A stretch of 64,000 bases of DNA, taken from Paraphysomonas bandaiensis (Eukaryota > Protista > Chrysophyceae). Below are positions 35,748 through 49,200 of this stretch, piece by piece. The stretch lies in assembly GCA_965644295.1 (NCBI GenBank), contig CBFFRP010000218.1:314535-378534 (forward strand). The letters run 5' to 3'. Made by a program: the position numbers and the translations under genes. The notes under the pieces were generated by a model that was given only the letters and a program-made list of their open reading frames with translations, was not told the origin of the DNA and did not search any database. Position 1 is the stretch's first letter. Every line of letters begins with the position of its first letter.

Positions 35748-36811
35748 TTAGCCGTAAGGTATATGAGGACCTGTGACACACCCTTCGCAGCTCTTATCTT
35801 CTGACCCACAACAGTCCCAAAACAGCGCTTCCCACCCTACCAATATACCAGAAACACTATTCAGTGATGACGCGCTGATGTATCACTTTTCTCACCTTCC
35901 TGTCCGTTCCCATAATATCCTAGTGCATCTCCCTGTCCTGCTACTGAAAGTTTTGTCTCAGCGGGATGTTTGCGGCACACATAGAGTCCGGGATGGTATC
36001 GGCAGCTGCAACTGTTGAGGATACGTAGGTACTGACAATGACACCGACTGCAGGTAGTAGTCGCGTACGGGGAATAGAATGCAACTACATGCTGGTGAGT
36101 TAAGTCTCCAGATAAAGCCCGATCACAACCAGTGAATAGGGTAGATTCAAGGGGACATGATCGTAGACGGGCAGTACAATGAGCTCTCTCCTCTGTGTCC
36201 GCTGGACAGGTGACCCGAACCCACTCAATCGCATAATGGGCAACACATGTAGATTTAAATCCTCGGGAAAACATAAGTTCCCTGAAGTTGGCCTCATACG
36301 CCACATCATTAGGAAACGGGACACTATCAAAAGTTACTAGTACTATAGTATTACTGCTACATAGATCGTTTATCGTCCACACAAGATCACGTTGTTGCTT
36401 GATCAGACAAGCACATTCACAAACCAAAACAACATCAGGATGATGTTCCAATCGCATTGCTCTTGTCGTAGGTTGACCCCATTCCAGTTCGGATACTGTA
36501 ACACATCCCTTTAGCTCACTGCTTACGGCAGCGGCATTCTCCACACAGAGATCAATTTCTCTATCAGTCAGCACCACCCTCGATCCTTGTCCAGCGCAAA
36601 ACATGCCGCATAGCCCTGTGCCACATCCTAATTCTACGATAGATAATCCCGATATCTGAAACTGATCAAGGTAATCACACAGTGCTACAGTTCCATCCCA
36701 CACAATCCCTCCAATGCCATCCACCATGGATGTGTTCTCATTTACAAACACCTCCACACCAGATTCACTTAATATGTGCACCCTAGATCCCCTTTTCCAA
36801 CATCGGACCAT
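35748..36811 (-). CDS. METTL21/EEF1AKMT-like (Methyltransf_16) protein lysine methyltransferase with Cys/His-rich C-terminal domain
   Basis: GIGGIVWDGTVALCDYL, SAM-binding IVELGCGTGLCG, VLTD and LEWG. The C-terminus CSRC..CRYHPG continues after a short intron as FWDCCG..GCVTGPH and ends at TAA 35750-35748. Confidence 0.85.
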
Positions 36812-36886
36812 GATCAACAATAACTGCCGCTGTAAGACAACTCAAACATAAGCAAGATGTACAGGGTGTACGAAGTACTAGAAGTG

Positions 36887-37094
36887 TGTATGTATGTATG
36901 TATGTATGTATGTATGTATGTATGTATGTATGTATGTATGTATGTATGTATGTATGTATGTATGTATGTATGTATGTATGTATGTATGTATGTATGTATG
37001 TATGTATGTATGTATGTATGTATGTATGTATGTATGTATGTATGTATGTATGTATGTATGTATGTATGTATGTATGTATGTATGTATGTATGTA
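36887..37094. repeat. (TATG)n microsatellite, about 50 units
   Basis: Uninterrupted tandem TATG between two divergently oriented genes. Confidence 0.98.
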
Positions 37095-37291
37095 TATATT
37101 ATGTATTACGTACAAAGGTAGGTAGGTAGGTATGTACTCTGTATATATATATGAATTGTATAGATTGGATTAATTTGACCGTATTGGACCGTGGAAGTTC
37201 GGGCCGAGCGAAATCGACTTAGAAAAGGAGAACTGTTTTCCATGCCATTACTTTTGCGTTTTGCTTCTCTGTATTTGTGTCGCTTTGAGAG

Positions 37292-40200
37292 GTGAGGATG
37301 CTCCGAGAGGTGCTGTCCTTCGCTCTGCGGGCTTGGCACTATGTTGTCACTTTATGTGGACGTATCTACTGCGTTATCTGCGTCCTGTCGAGGTTGGTAC
37401 CGTCATGCAATGCTTTTAGTGGCGAACTTAATTTTCCAGCTTTCGACTGTATGGATATCAGAATCGGAGATTTCTTAGTGCAACGTTTGTGTTGGGAGTC
37501 TATTATAATAAAATTTAGGTGGTCGGGGTTGGAAATCAGTTGTTGCAGCGTGAAATGCGATGTTCATATTCCGGATAGAAGTCGAACTTACACTAACAAT
37601 GCTTCAAGAAGTAATGTCAAATGCGAAACAAGGCCTTTATGGCTGTCATTTGTCCCACCAGTCCATATAGAAATAGTGAGTTTGCTCCTGGTCGGGATAT
37701 CAAAAGACTCTAACTTAGTCGAACTTAACATGTCTGCTCTTGATAGCAAAATAGAGAAGCGGCTGTTAAACCCTGCTTTCACTGTAGAAACAATGAATTT
37801 TCGTGTCGCTGGAAGGCATCAGGCTGTTAGTGATATAATATGCGCTGAGAAAATTAATTTTCGGATTTGCCATCGAAATATATCCGTGGCATTAAATAGT
37901 GTTGAACTAAACGCAGATTTCAATACGTGTGACACGATTACTGACTTGCTGGGATGTCTTTTGCCGCCCCATAGAGATTGTGATGTTGAAGAAGGGGCAG
38001 GTGCTATTCAAGTTGAAACAGTATTGCAAGCTTACAAGAATAGCAACAATGAGATTGAAAAAAATGAAGATATAGGTAGAAGACAGAAAGACAGAGTTGG
38101 AGATGGGAATGCGTCGTGCTCGTACACTTGTTCACTTCCGCCCATGAAAGTTAATGTAGATATTGGAGTTATCGTTGTGGCAACAGTAAGCCGAGAGCCA
38201 CCGTCCTCACGCCGACGACATTTTTCAATATGTGGAATTAATGTACAATACTCTACCTCACCAGTTTCATTCTCTTTACAATGTAAGCAGTATAGCGCTC
38301 AGCCGTTCGATACCCAACATTTGGTGGGATACGACTTAAATAGTGCGGGAAATTGGCTTATGGTAGAGTATGTTGATAAGCCCTGCGAAAGGGCTATGTC
38401 AAGTGTGAATGCATGCAGTCGTCACCCAGTACTATCTATTCATGTGCGCCCAGTTTTGTTACCTGTTTATCTCGACGATCTGTGCTCCGCCATGTTATTA
38501 TGGAAGGATATTGTTTCGCTCACTGAAAGTAGGTATACACTCCGGGAACTCCGTTGCCGAAAATTGAATCGCATACGTGATACAACATCCCACACCTTCC
38601 GCCCAATTGAAGTGAATGTTCAATGCGATAGTGTAGATTTAGTGTTGTTAGTGCCAACATGGTTGAATAAGCGATACCTGGTGTGGAGAACATGCGATTT
38701 TGGAATACGAACAATATGTTCCCCTGATCAAAACACCTGGTCACTGTGCTTATCAATTGGTAGAATTCTGTCATTGATACAGTTTCCTGTATCTGAATCG
38801 ACGCAGAAGCACGAAATTTTATCCCTAAACAAAGTATCAGTGAAATTACCTCTTCACGACCACGAAAAAGTACAATTTGCGAAGGTAGTTGAGTTCGTTG
38901 AGTCATCTCCAACAATGAGTTATGCCTATTGTTCCGAATGGTTGGAAACTAACTCATCAGCTCGTCGTATTGATCAGAGATGCTGTGCTAGTGTTGATGA
39001 ATGTATAGTCTCGATATCTGACAGCGATGTAGCGGTTATTACATCAGTTATTAATGCGTTGTCGTTGTCACTGAGAACTTATGTCGCCCCTGAGGATTCA
39101 TTCGCACGAATTTTTCACACCAGAAATATTCCCTGTTGTTGTCTGGATATGAATATTCATTCGTTCGAAGTAATCTTACAAAATCTTGCTGGCTCGAGTA
39201 AGTATAAGAGGTCGCCGCAAAAATTTCGGGTTGGCTCTCATGATATCGAAGTGTCTATGGCCCTGGCGCCTCCAGTTGTGCGTTGTGTCCATATTTCAAC
39301 AGCATCCAGTCGTGTACAACTGACATGCTCCAGAGACGATATAGAAATACCACTTATGAATTTTGACTTGTTTCAGCATACCAGCGAGAAGAGGAGGTTC
39401 ACAATTGCTAAGTTAATATCTAGGCCTGTTGATATTTGGTTCTGCCAAGAGTCTAGTTATCCGTTAGCATTAGCCTTCGTGTCAACGGCATGTTACTTGC
39501 AGATTTACTGCCTATCTGGCCATATTGATACATCTGACTGTATAGCGCTGTCAGACTTTATCACTGAAAGCAAAGTGCAAACCTATCACTCTCGTGAGTG
39601 GTTTGTGCGGCTTTCTCGTAGGCTTCCGCATAGCGTTTTGGTTGTGCCATCAATGCATGTGAATAATACATTGACTGCAGATATTTCTCCTCTTGTGATA
39701 GCTCTAGTAGATATTGAACGAACCCGCATCGATATGCTCCATCACTCTGTCGATGTTGGGTTTATATTGGCAAAGTCGATTGGAATCAGTTCTGTTACGT
39801 ACATTTTACCGGGGTTGTATCAGGTCAGCGGGCGCGTGCTTGATGTCTGCATCGCTGATCTCACAGAAGAGAAGTCATTTTATAAAAATGTTGTGGAATG
39901 TGTCCAATCTGAAAACGCTGCAGATGTAGCACGCCCTGTTGTTGAGTTTCACATGACGTCTTATTTGAATGCTAAGCCATTGCTGGAAGTCAATAGTCAT
40001 AATCTAAGGGTCGTATATTTGCAACGAGCAGTAATGACCATCATTTCATATATAAGAGACTGTGCTCTGGCTGAATTGTTCAGATCTGTACCATATAAGT
40101 CCACACCTGTGGTTGTATCTGGTATTTGCAATGATGACCTCGTATACACTGCTCTCAGTCAAGCTTTACCTGTTCTTGACCCTGGAGTATTTCGGTTTGC

Positions 40201-43200
40201 CTGGAATATCAGCAATTCCGAGTTCCATTTACCTGTGAACAGCCGCAGTGACGATGGACTGGTTTTTGTATTTAAGCGGCTATATATGTACTCTTTGTAT
40301 GTCGATTACGAGTTTTTTGGGAAAACTGGATACTCTATGGGGCCATTATGTTCGGACCGACATATATGGCTGTCGAAATATTATGCTCTAAAATCTCTTT
40401 GCTCTGAGATAAGTACAACGAGTCGTTGCTGGGATGTAACTGCATATCCCAATCATCTACTGTCTCCCATTGCCTTTTCGCAATCTCATGACAGCTCAAA
40501 CCTAAAACACGAAACCCAATTAGCCATGAATCTGACTGACTCTGTGATTTGCACATGGTGCTCTGATAATACCATTGCGAAAGGGTTGAATATTGGTGCG
40601 CTGCTAACTATTCAGGAGGTCCACCAGGCTCCAAGTGGTTTGTATTCATCTGTATTCAATAGTTTAGGCTTTATATCTATGTACCCTTTAAATATATTTG
40701 CAACTGAACTCATGATTGAAGAGGTAGATTGGGTACTATCGAGAGGGCAGTATATGGCAATCGTGCTGCTAATTCAGCAGAATTTTCCGGAGTTAACTAA
40801 AGTGGTTCCCCCATTACCGTGCAGCGTGCCATGTAATGTACATTTGAACACCAATTTATTTGGAAAACGGGCATTAGAAGACAGATTGCCGTTTCATATC
40901 ACTGTACCATTGGATGTTGAGTATGGTCGGATTCATATGATTGAAGATAACAAAGAGTATTACCGCAGACTATTTTCGTCTCACCAGGCTAAGAGTAAAT
41001 TCGTAAAAGATGAGAATTACCTCCTCTACGTAAGAGAAGAAACGGAGAATTTTGTCACACATTGGTTCGATTCAGAAGTTCGCTTGGAAACTGAGAATGA
41101 CTGCGAAGTATTTGAACAATTTAATTGCTTTCAGGTACCTAACTGGTCATTTCATCACACATTTCGAAAGTATATGGAGTTCGGCTTCAAAAACTATGTC
41201 ATCGCGGAAGATGATGTACTGAGTGGTGACAGTGGCAGCGACAGCGACAGTCGAACTAATCGAAGTGTCAACTCGTTGGATTCTATTGGGATAATATTTT
41301 TCACATCATTGGAATTTAATTTTTTGCGTCAGCATCACGGAGGTGGAATTAGTATAGTCGCGTCAGCTAAGGATTTTGTCATCACGAGAGGATCGAATTG
41401 GGATTCATTCCACAGTGGTTGTCGTCCTGAAGATATTGTTATGGATAGCGATGATGATTCTTTTGATGAAAAAACTAGAGATCCACTGAACGTGTTGTAT
41501 GACATCGATGATATTCCGGAAGAGTTTATTATCGTGAAACAGACTCCATGCCTCCCTGAATCGATTGATCCTCAAAGTTTCCCTGATGTCGAACGAAGGA
41601 GTATTCATTACTTTCAGAACGGAATGGCTAATTTGAGAAGGTGCATCGTAGAACTGGATGACTGCATCGCAGTTGTGCATATTCCAGCTCTCATGCGCAT
41701 CATTAATTTCTTCGTTGAGTGTATAACACTGACCGACATGAGGGAGAAAGACCATATTGATGTAGATTTAGATATGGGTAGGTTTAATTTCAGAGCGTTG
41801 TTGGATGTTGAAATTTACGCCACGAACACTGTCGTTTGTTTTCCAAACTACACTTTCCAGTGTCAGTCGGATACTCGCGGGTTATGTGTTGGCATGGCGT
41901 CCCTTCAGTATACTCATACTTGGAGGGGGCTTATTGAAGCAGGCCCAGGGTGGGTGGGGATACAAGTCATCGTAGATATCGGAAGTGTGTTTATATCACC
42001 GCTGGATGAACTGGGTACTCAGGAAATTGAGTCCGTTGTTTCGCCGCTGAAACTCATGTTTTCTAGTCACTATTGTGTATCGCCACCTGCATCCAATGCG
42101 ATGACACATTTTGAGGTTGTCCGCAGAGATGTAGATGTTCCATTCCCATCTGCTCAAGATATTCGAGAAAATCGTGCGTTGAGTGATCATGTTATGTTGC
42201 TCACTCTTAAGCCAGCGTCGCCACCCCATATTGCCGAAGATGACGAAGATGATGGGGTTATCTCACCGAGGGTCCCAGATCATTTTTCGGAAAAATCACA
42301 GTTAATAGATATTAAAGTGTCTATTCCGGATATGATGTTTATCAATGCTGTACAGTCGTCATTATGTGATGCGTACAAAAGTCGCAAAATGAGACCACCT
42401 ATCAGAGATAGTTTTCGTATATTGTTTCAGTCTTTTCACGATATAGCGCATACTTGGAGACTGACGGACATACTGAGTTATGTTCCCAACTCTGATTTGC
42501 CTAGTCTTCGTGTCAGCGACTTTATATTGGACACTGCTGACTTCCACGTTCTTATAAGAAACAATACCTACGGAGTAAAGATTGCTAGGATTCTTATCAA
42601 CGAACCACGATTTTCTTTCAACAAATCCCGTAAAGGTATCAATATTGCTGGTAGCCTTGACTCACTGTTATATTTACACAACCCCAAAATGGGCAAATTT
42701 GAACCGGCTATCGAAAGCTTAAAAGTAACGGCAATATGTGCCACAGACGTTACATCAACCTCGCAAGAGCGACCTAGTGGGGATCAAAGTCAACCTACCA
42801 GCAATACAACGAATAAGCTGCGATTCGATATGTACTTTGAACCCGTTGAAGTCAATGTTGCGCAAAGTATGTACGTTGGTACAATCGGAAAGCTTTCCTT
42901 GGGCGATGTTATAACAAGCAAATCTGCCAGTTTGCCAGTTTACCGCATTGTAAATAGACTAGGCGTTGCTGCAACATGTCTCTTAAATGTCGGTCGACGC
43001 GATGAATCAGTGGTATCTAAAGAACTGGGAGTGGATGAAGTACTGGCGGTAGATACGAGGCTATATGATGCGCATCGAGGTGAGAGTAGAACGCGACAGC
43101 ACTTCACCCGTGATTCAGACAAAAGTTTTTCGTATTCAGGACTGTCTTTCGGATTCAATAATACGACAGATGAAAGTCACACCATTGAGTTGTTGTTTGA

Positions 43201-46200
43201 AATGGATAATCTGAAGTATAAGTCCCAGACTCCGGTGCCCATCGACAACGAAGGCTTATTTCAGTTTATTATGAAACCGATGATGAATTCATATCAGGCT
43301 CGTGAAAGGAATTTGACTGATGATTTTGTTGACATCAGTGCTCCGCCAGAGCTGTTGTATGCGCAGAAGCCAGGGAGTAACAATATCGCAGTTTTAATGA
43401 GTATGCGTGTAGTCGACACCAGTGGGACTCGAGAACTTGAACTTCGTAGTATTTGCTCGCTTCGTAATGATACTGAGTGTGAAGTTCAGTTTCAGGCTGA
43501 GTTGTGTGGGTCCTCCGTAGATGTAACTTTAAAACCGGATGAAGAGTGGTTTTTGCCCGTCTATTTGATATCGTCTCAAACTTCGATTCATATGCGGCTC
43601 GCGGATCTTTTTTCAATTTTTAGGGGGCAGAATTCTAATGATGACCAACCGTCTCGGTACCTCGTGAAAGCCCTACCATCCCTATATTCGTTTGTACATA
43701 CAACAACTGCATGGGTCGGGAGTTCAGTTTCTTTGAAAATGCGAGCGAGTCTCGTCACTATGTTTCGGACACATAGTATCGATAACTCATATGATGAACT
43801 TGCCCAGTGGACATGTATGTTACTGCCGGAGCCTCTAGATGTAGAATCATGTGGAGACGGTGATGGCACCTCCAAGACTACTAAGAAACGTCGCTGTGTT
43901 GTGAAATACCCGACTGCAGATTCATTTACACAGGAGTTTCTTACGCCTAGTAGCAATTCGCGTGTTCATACTGAGGAGTCCCCTACATCCACAGGAAGTA
44001 CATTCCGCCGTTTTTCGATTCGACCAACCCCAAGCAAAAAACATTTGAATGATGTGCGTGAAAATATGGAGAATGAGCCCAGCATGAGACAGGCTTCTGA
44101 CATTTTGCATCAACGTATAGTTCCAAGTCGGTTATGTATTGTGGCTCCTATTCGTTTTGTAAATCTCTTTTGTCAACCCATTGTGTATCGATTTGCTGAG
44201 AAGAGAAGTGCTTTGAACTGTAGCGAAGGGACACTAATTGCTGGAGGAAGCATAAATCTCTACCACAACCCTCTTCGGGGCCTGAATGTGAGTATTAGGG
44301 TTTTAAATTACAAGTGGTCGAATTGGATTCGTTTACCAGTGTTTCCACCCCATTCCAAGACATCTGAAGAGATTCTCGAGTCCCTGCGTCTCATTCACGA
44401 GGATCATCCGATTCGTGTTCCCCCACTTACGTTTAATGTTAGTTGTCATGATCGTAACGTGAAAGTGGTGTGTCCTTTGTGGCTAATAAATCGTACAGGC
44501 ATGAATATACATTATGCCGAGGGTGTGTCAATGTTGCCTAGTGGTGAGCGCCTCTCTACTCGGTATATTCCTCATAGAGGGCAACAGCGAATTGAAACAT
44601 CGCTGGTACATATACCACCCTCTGGTGTTCGTGAAGGTGTGCCTCTGGAGCGCAAAATATTTAAAATTCCGATGAAAGACCGAGTCGGGCGACATAGCAG
44701 TATGATACTTCCTCGTGGGGGTCTCCTTCAGTTCACGGTGTGCTCTCCTTTCGACCACTGTAAAGCTGTAGTAGTCAGTCTACCTGGGAGTTGTACTGTG
44801 GATCTGTTAGTAATGGAAGTATTGAAAAAACTGTTGAATGCAGCTAACTATACTCCTTGGGTTAGTGATGGGCCACTGCCTCATGACCCAGCAGGATTTA
44901 TTAACGGTCATAGTATGAAACCATCCGATTATCTATTGTTTCATCTCAGTGAGCAAGGCAGTACACTCTCAGCCCATCCTAGGGCTCCTGTAGATATGCA
45001 GCTCATGGAAGACTCTGATTCAAAGCACTCTACGAGTGATGTATCAGTAGATGAATCGTTCTCGTCAAAGCAGACTGGTCATCACCATACCCTCGGCACT
45101 GATTATGGCGGATCCGATCTGGACGCTTTGATTTCATTGGGTTTAAATGTAACACCTTTCATCAATGAGAACGGCACCACACTGAGAAACGATACTCAGC
45201 TGCATGCTGTACCAGAACCCCGACGATTACTTCTTTGTCACGCATCCGAGTTCAAAATTGTCGACCAGCTCGCAGGTGTGAAAATGGTACCAAAGAGAAA
45301 AGAGTCATCTGTTGTGAGTATGCTCGGTTTTAAGAAATATTTGCCGGTGATGCCGTTTAGGTATTTTGACGGCGATATACCGTTTAATCCAATGGGAGTA
45401 CTGGGAATGTTTCCGTCATTTAGTGTGTGTATACCTAATGAAACGGAATGGTCTGACGCAGTTAATGTACAAAAAGTTGACTTTGATGTGACAGGATCCC
45501 GCAATCTGGATTTGGTTGTATCGTCAAATTGCCAGACAACTCAATCTGAGTTATATGAACTCTCTCTGCTTGTGAAGCATGGGGAAGGCATATTCAAGGG
45601 CATTGCCGCTGTGACAATAGTACCAAGACTGATTTTATCATCGAAACTGCCGTTTGCTCTTCAAATCCGTCAAGTTGTTTACGATGAAACTGGTGCAGTG
45701 ACGGAGTCCTCAGCACCATTTATGTTACTCCCCGGATCTATTCAGCAGTTTCATCATCCACTGAGACGAGGAACGAAACTTGTACAAATGATGCAGTATA
45801 GCTCTAGTAATGCTGACGAGAACTTATCGATGGAGTGGGGGGGTGAGTTAAGTCTAACTGTACTTGGAGTCACGCATGTTCGGCTTAGAAATCCTGATAA
45901 AATTGTTAATGTACGCGTGGAGTCTGTCGGATCATCACTTTATGCTACCTTGTCATTGCAAAACGCGAAATGGCCTCCCTATCGCGTCGAAAATATGACA
46001 TCATTCAAAGTCCGGGTGAAGCAGGTCTGTAAAAAACTCAAGCGGGAGCCGTGTCAAGAGGATACTGTTTCACCTCGATCATCCATACCGTACGCATGGG
46101 ATTATTGTTTCAATTATTCTACAGAGAAAATGCTACTTCAAGTGGACTTTGCTCAAATTGGAAACCGGTGGACATCTATTGAGTTTCCAATGAATGAAGT

Positions 46201-49200
46201 TGATCATACATGTGAGATTGCGTTGACACGACTTTTACCGGACCTTCGACACCCTATAACTGAAGGAACCGTTGATGTACGATCCCACGGATCATCTGAC
46301 TGGAAGTCAGCGTACTGCGTGGTGCATAATGATATGATGTACATGTTTACCAATAGTATGATGAATGAAATCGTTGGTGTCATTAACCTGTCATTGCCTA
46401 ACCCGTCAAGTGACGAGGACGATATGGCTCGTGACCGGATGATGTTTGCCTCAGTTAGACTGCACACCAAACGTGAATGGGACATCACGTCCATGTTTTC
46501 GAGCACGATAGGACTACAGTCAGCCCCAAGTGAACTGGACGGAATGAAGCTGTATTTTGAACGACTTCAGTTTTGGGATGTAAATTCTCTTCGTCGTGCG
46601 GCAGTGCGTATCGGTGCATGTTTAGGTGTATTTGAAAGCATTGATTTATCTGAGGACCCTTCTGGTGACGAATCATCGTCAGGCGAGGCTAGTGAGGTTG
46701 AAACCGCCAAGAGCTTCTCTGTTCACCACAGAGAGTTTGCTATGAAAGAACTGCGTTCCGTTTTGCGGAAAGGATATACTGTCGATAATCTGGTTAGTAT
46801 AGTTTCAGAAACTCCGCTGTTATGTGCAGATATTCTCAACGCCCTCGTAGTTGTCGGCGAGGCACCGAATGAGAAGTATGCCTACTATCTGCTGAAGGAA
46901 ATGTGCAGCAGAGCTATAATCAAGCGAGCGAAATCAGAGAAGTTTCTTCACACCGAAATTTCTGATTCCTCTGTCGACGTTTCGACATCCAATATCGTGG
47001 CTGGTCTGCAGTTTTCAGACTTGTTACTTATTTTTCCACCTAGCCTTGCGACAGAGCTAAGTATATCAACAGCAGAGGATAACGAATTAGAACCCTCACG
47101 AGAGTCATTTATCAAATCTGCAAGACCTAATTGCGAGTATCGATTCGAAGTTTCATTTGGATCTTCGATGTATAAATTTCGGTGCTCATCGGAGGCGGAT
47201 TTATGGCGATGGTTATATTCGATTCGGCTCTGTATTGAGAAGACATGGGTAGAACATATTCAGCATATAGATAGACATTCTACTGGCAATGAGATATCGA
47301 CCGTAGACTCACTCGAAACAACTGTAAAACTCAAAGTACGAACAGATGGACCGATGAAAGTGCTTGAACTCACCGAGGAATCTGCACTATTTCCGACTGC
47401 AGATAGCAGTGAAGTCGAGGCGGATACTGCTTTGGGATCAGGTGAATCACACGACGAATCAGAACCACACGGCGATGAATTGAAACCGCCATCTGCAGAG
47501 GTTAATGTGTCTGTGTTTTTCCCTTCCATTGGTTTCTCGCTTGTTGACAACGACCCGACGGAGTTGGTCTACCTTAGATTTAGAGATATCCAGATATCAA
47601 TAGAGAGGACGACACAAAGAATGCTCTCTGCATTAACAATTCAATATATTCAAATCGACAACCAGCTGTTAAATCCGCTCTATCCTGTCAGTTTTAGACC
47701 TCGCACGAATCATTCCATCAGTGGGGATTGCGGGGATGGTAAGAGTCAAAAGAAAGTTCTTATGTTGCCTGGACTTCAGCAGATTGGGGATGACACTTTC
47801 CCGACTGTACATGGTTTTATACAACAGCGCTTGGATGTTGGGACGAGTACAACTGCATTCGGTCTCACAACTACCGAGGATGAGTCAGATTTACTGTACT
47901 TTGACCTTTTCTCTCTGTGGATTGCCCCCGTTGAGTTGTCTATTGATGAAGAAATATTTGTACGCGTATTAAGAGTATTACAAGCTCTTCGGTCGGCAAA
48001 TTCGAAGGCCAAAGCAGGGAAAATGGTAACTGTTGATGGAGAGGCTCTAAATGAAAAAGACCCTTATTGTGCATCAGCTTGTTTTACGGCATACCAAACG
48101 TTAAACTCGGCTGGAGTGAATATCTATGTCTTGCATTCGTCCAATACTCGCCCAGCGTACTTGTCAAAGAATATATACTTTTCACTACTCCAGCTTCATC
48201 CTGTAGACCTTGTTTTAAGCATTCGATCAACACCGGATTTCAAAATCAGTACCACTGAGGATAATTTTTTAACACTAGCTGTTCGAGTTGACTACGGTCG
48301 AATTCGACTCAATGCTCTTATGATCAATAATGTGTTTGGAATGACCTCATTTATTACGTCGATATTATCTAAGCACTATACCTATGCTGCACTTAGCCAA
48401 ATATATGCGTTAATAGGAAGCACAGATGTCATAGAAGGTTCAGTGGGTTTACTATCTAACCTTGGAACTGGAGTGTATGACTTGTTTTATGAGCCAATAG
48501 AAGGATTGCTGGGAGATGAACAGACATTCATTGAAGGTCTCTCCAAAGGAAGTAAGAGTCTTGCTACTCGAGCTATTGGAGGCACATCTGCGTTTACCAG
48601 TAAGATCACAGGTGGTTTGGGTAAAGGTATGTCCCTTCTGACTCTGGACAGCCGTTACCAAAAGTCCCGAGAGAAGGACCGCCTCAAGGCTGCCCAATCC
48701 GTTTCGGAGGGCTTGTACTACGGCTCGTATGAGTTTGGAAAGAATGTATATCAGGGCGTTACAGGAATAGTTGTTGAGCCGTACAGAGGGTGGGTAGAAG
48801 AGGGGGGTGTGGGTTTAGGCATGGGAATAGCGAAAGGAATCCTTGGCGTCGCTCTCAAGCCAGCAGTTGGTGTCCTGGATCTTGCATCCAGAACAACAGA
48901 AGGTATTCGCCATGCAGCTTTCAACACTCGTCTGGAAGCAGATTACCTGAATTCATCTGGAAGGTGTCGTCTACCACGACAGTTTGGGCGAGATGGCGAG
49001 CTCCTCTTTTACACGACGCATCTATCGACTCTGCAGATGATTGTCGATAAGCTGACCATCCCTACGCGAGAGTTGCGTTTCTATGTCGTCCATGCCCTCC
49101 CAATTGTGCGAAGTTATTTTGACGCACAGTTATCTTCTGAAGGAACAGGTGGTCAGAGTATAAACAGTGAGATCAGAGGCTATGCATTAGGTAACAAATA

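Noticed and set aside
36783-37129. ORFs of MYVC/YIHT repeats (also 1973..2272 and 2020..2202)
   Set aside because: They are translations of TATG/TACA microsatellites.
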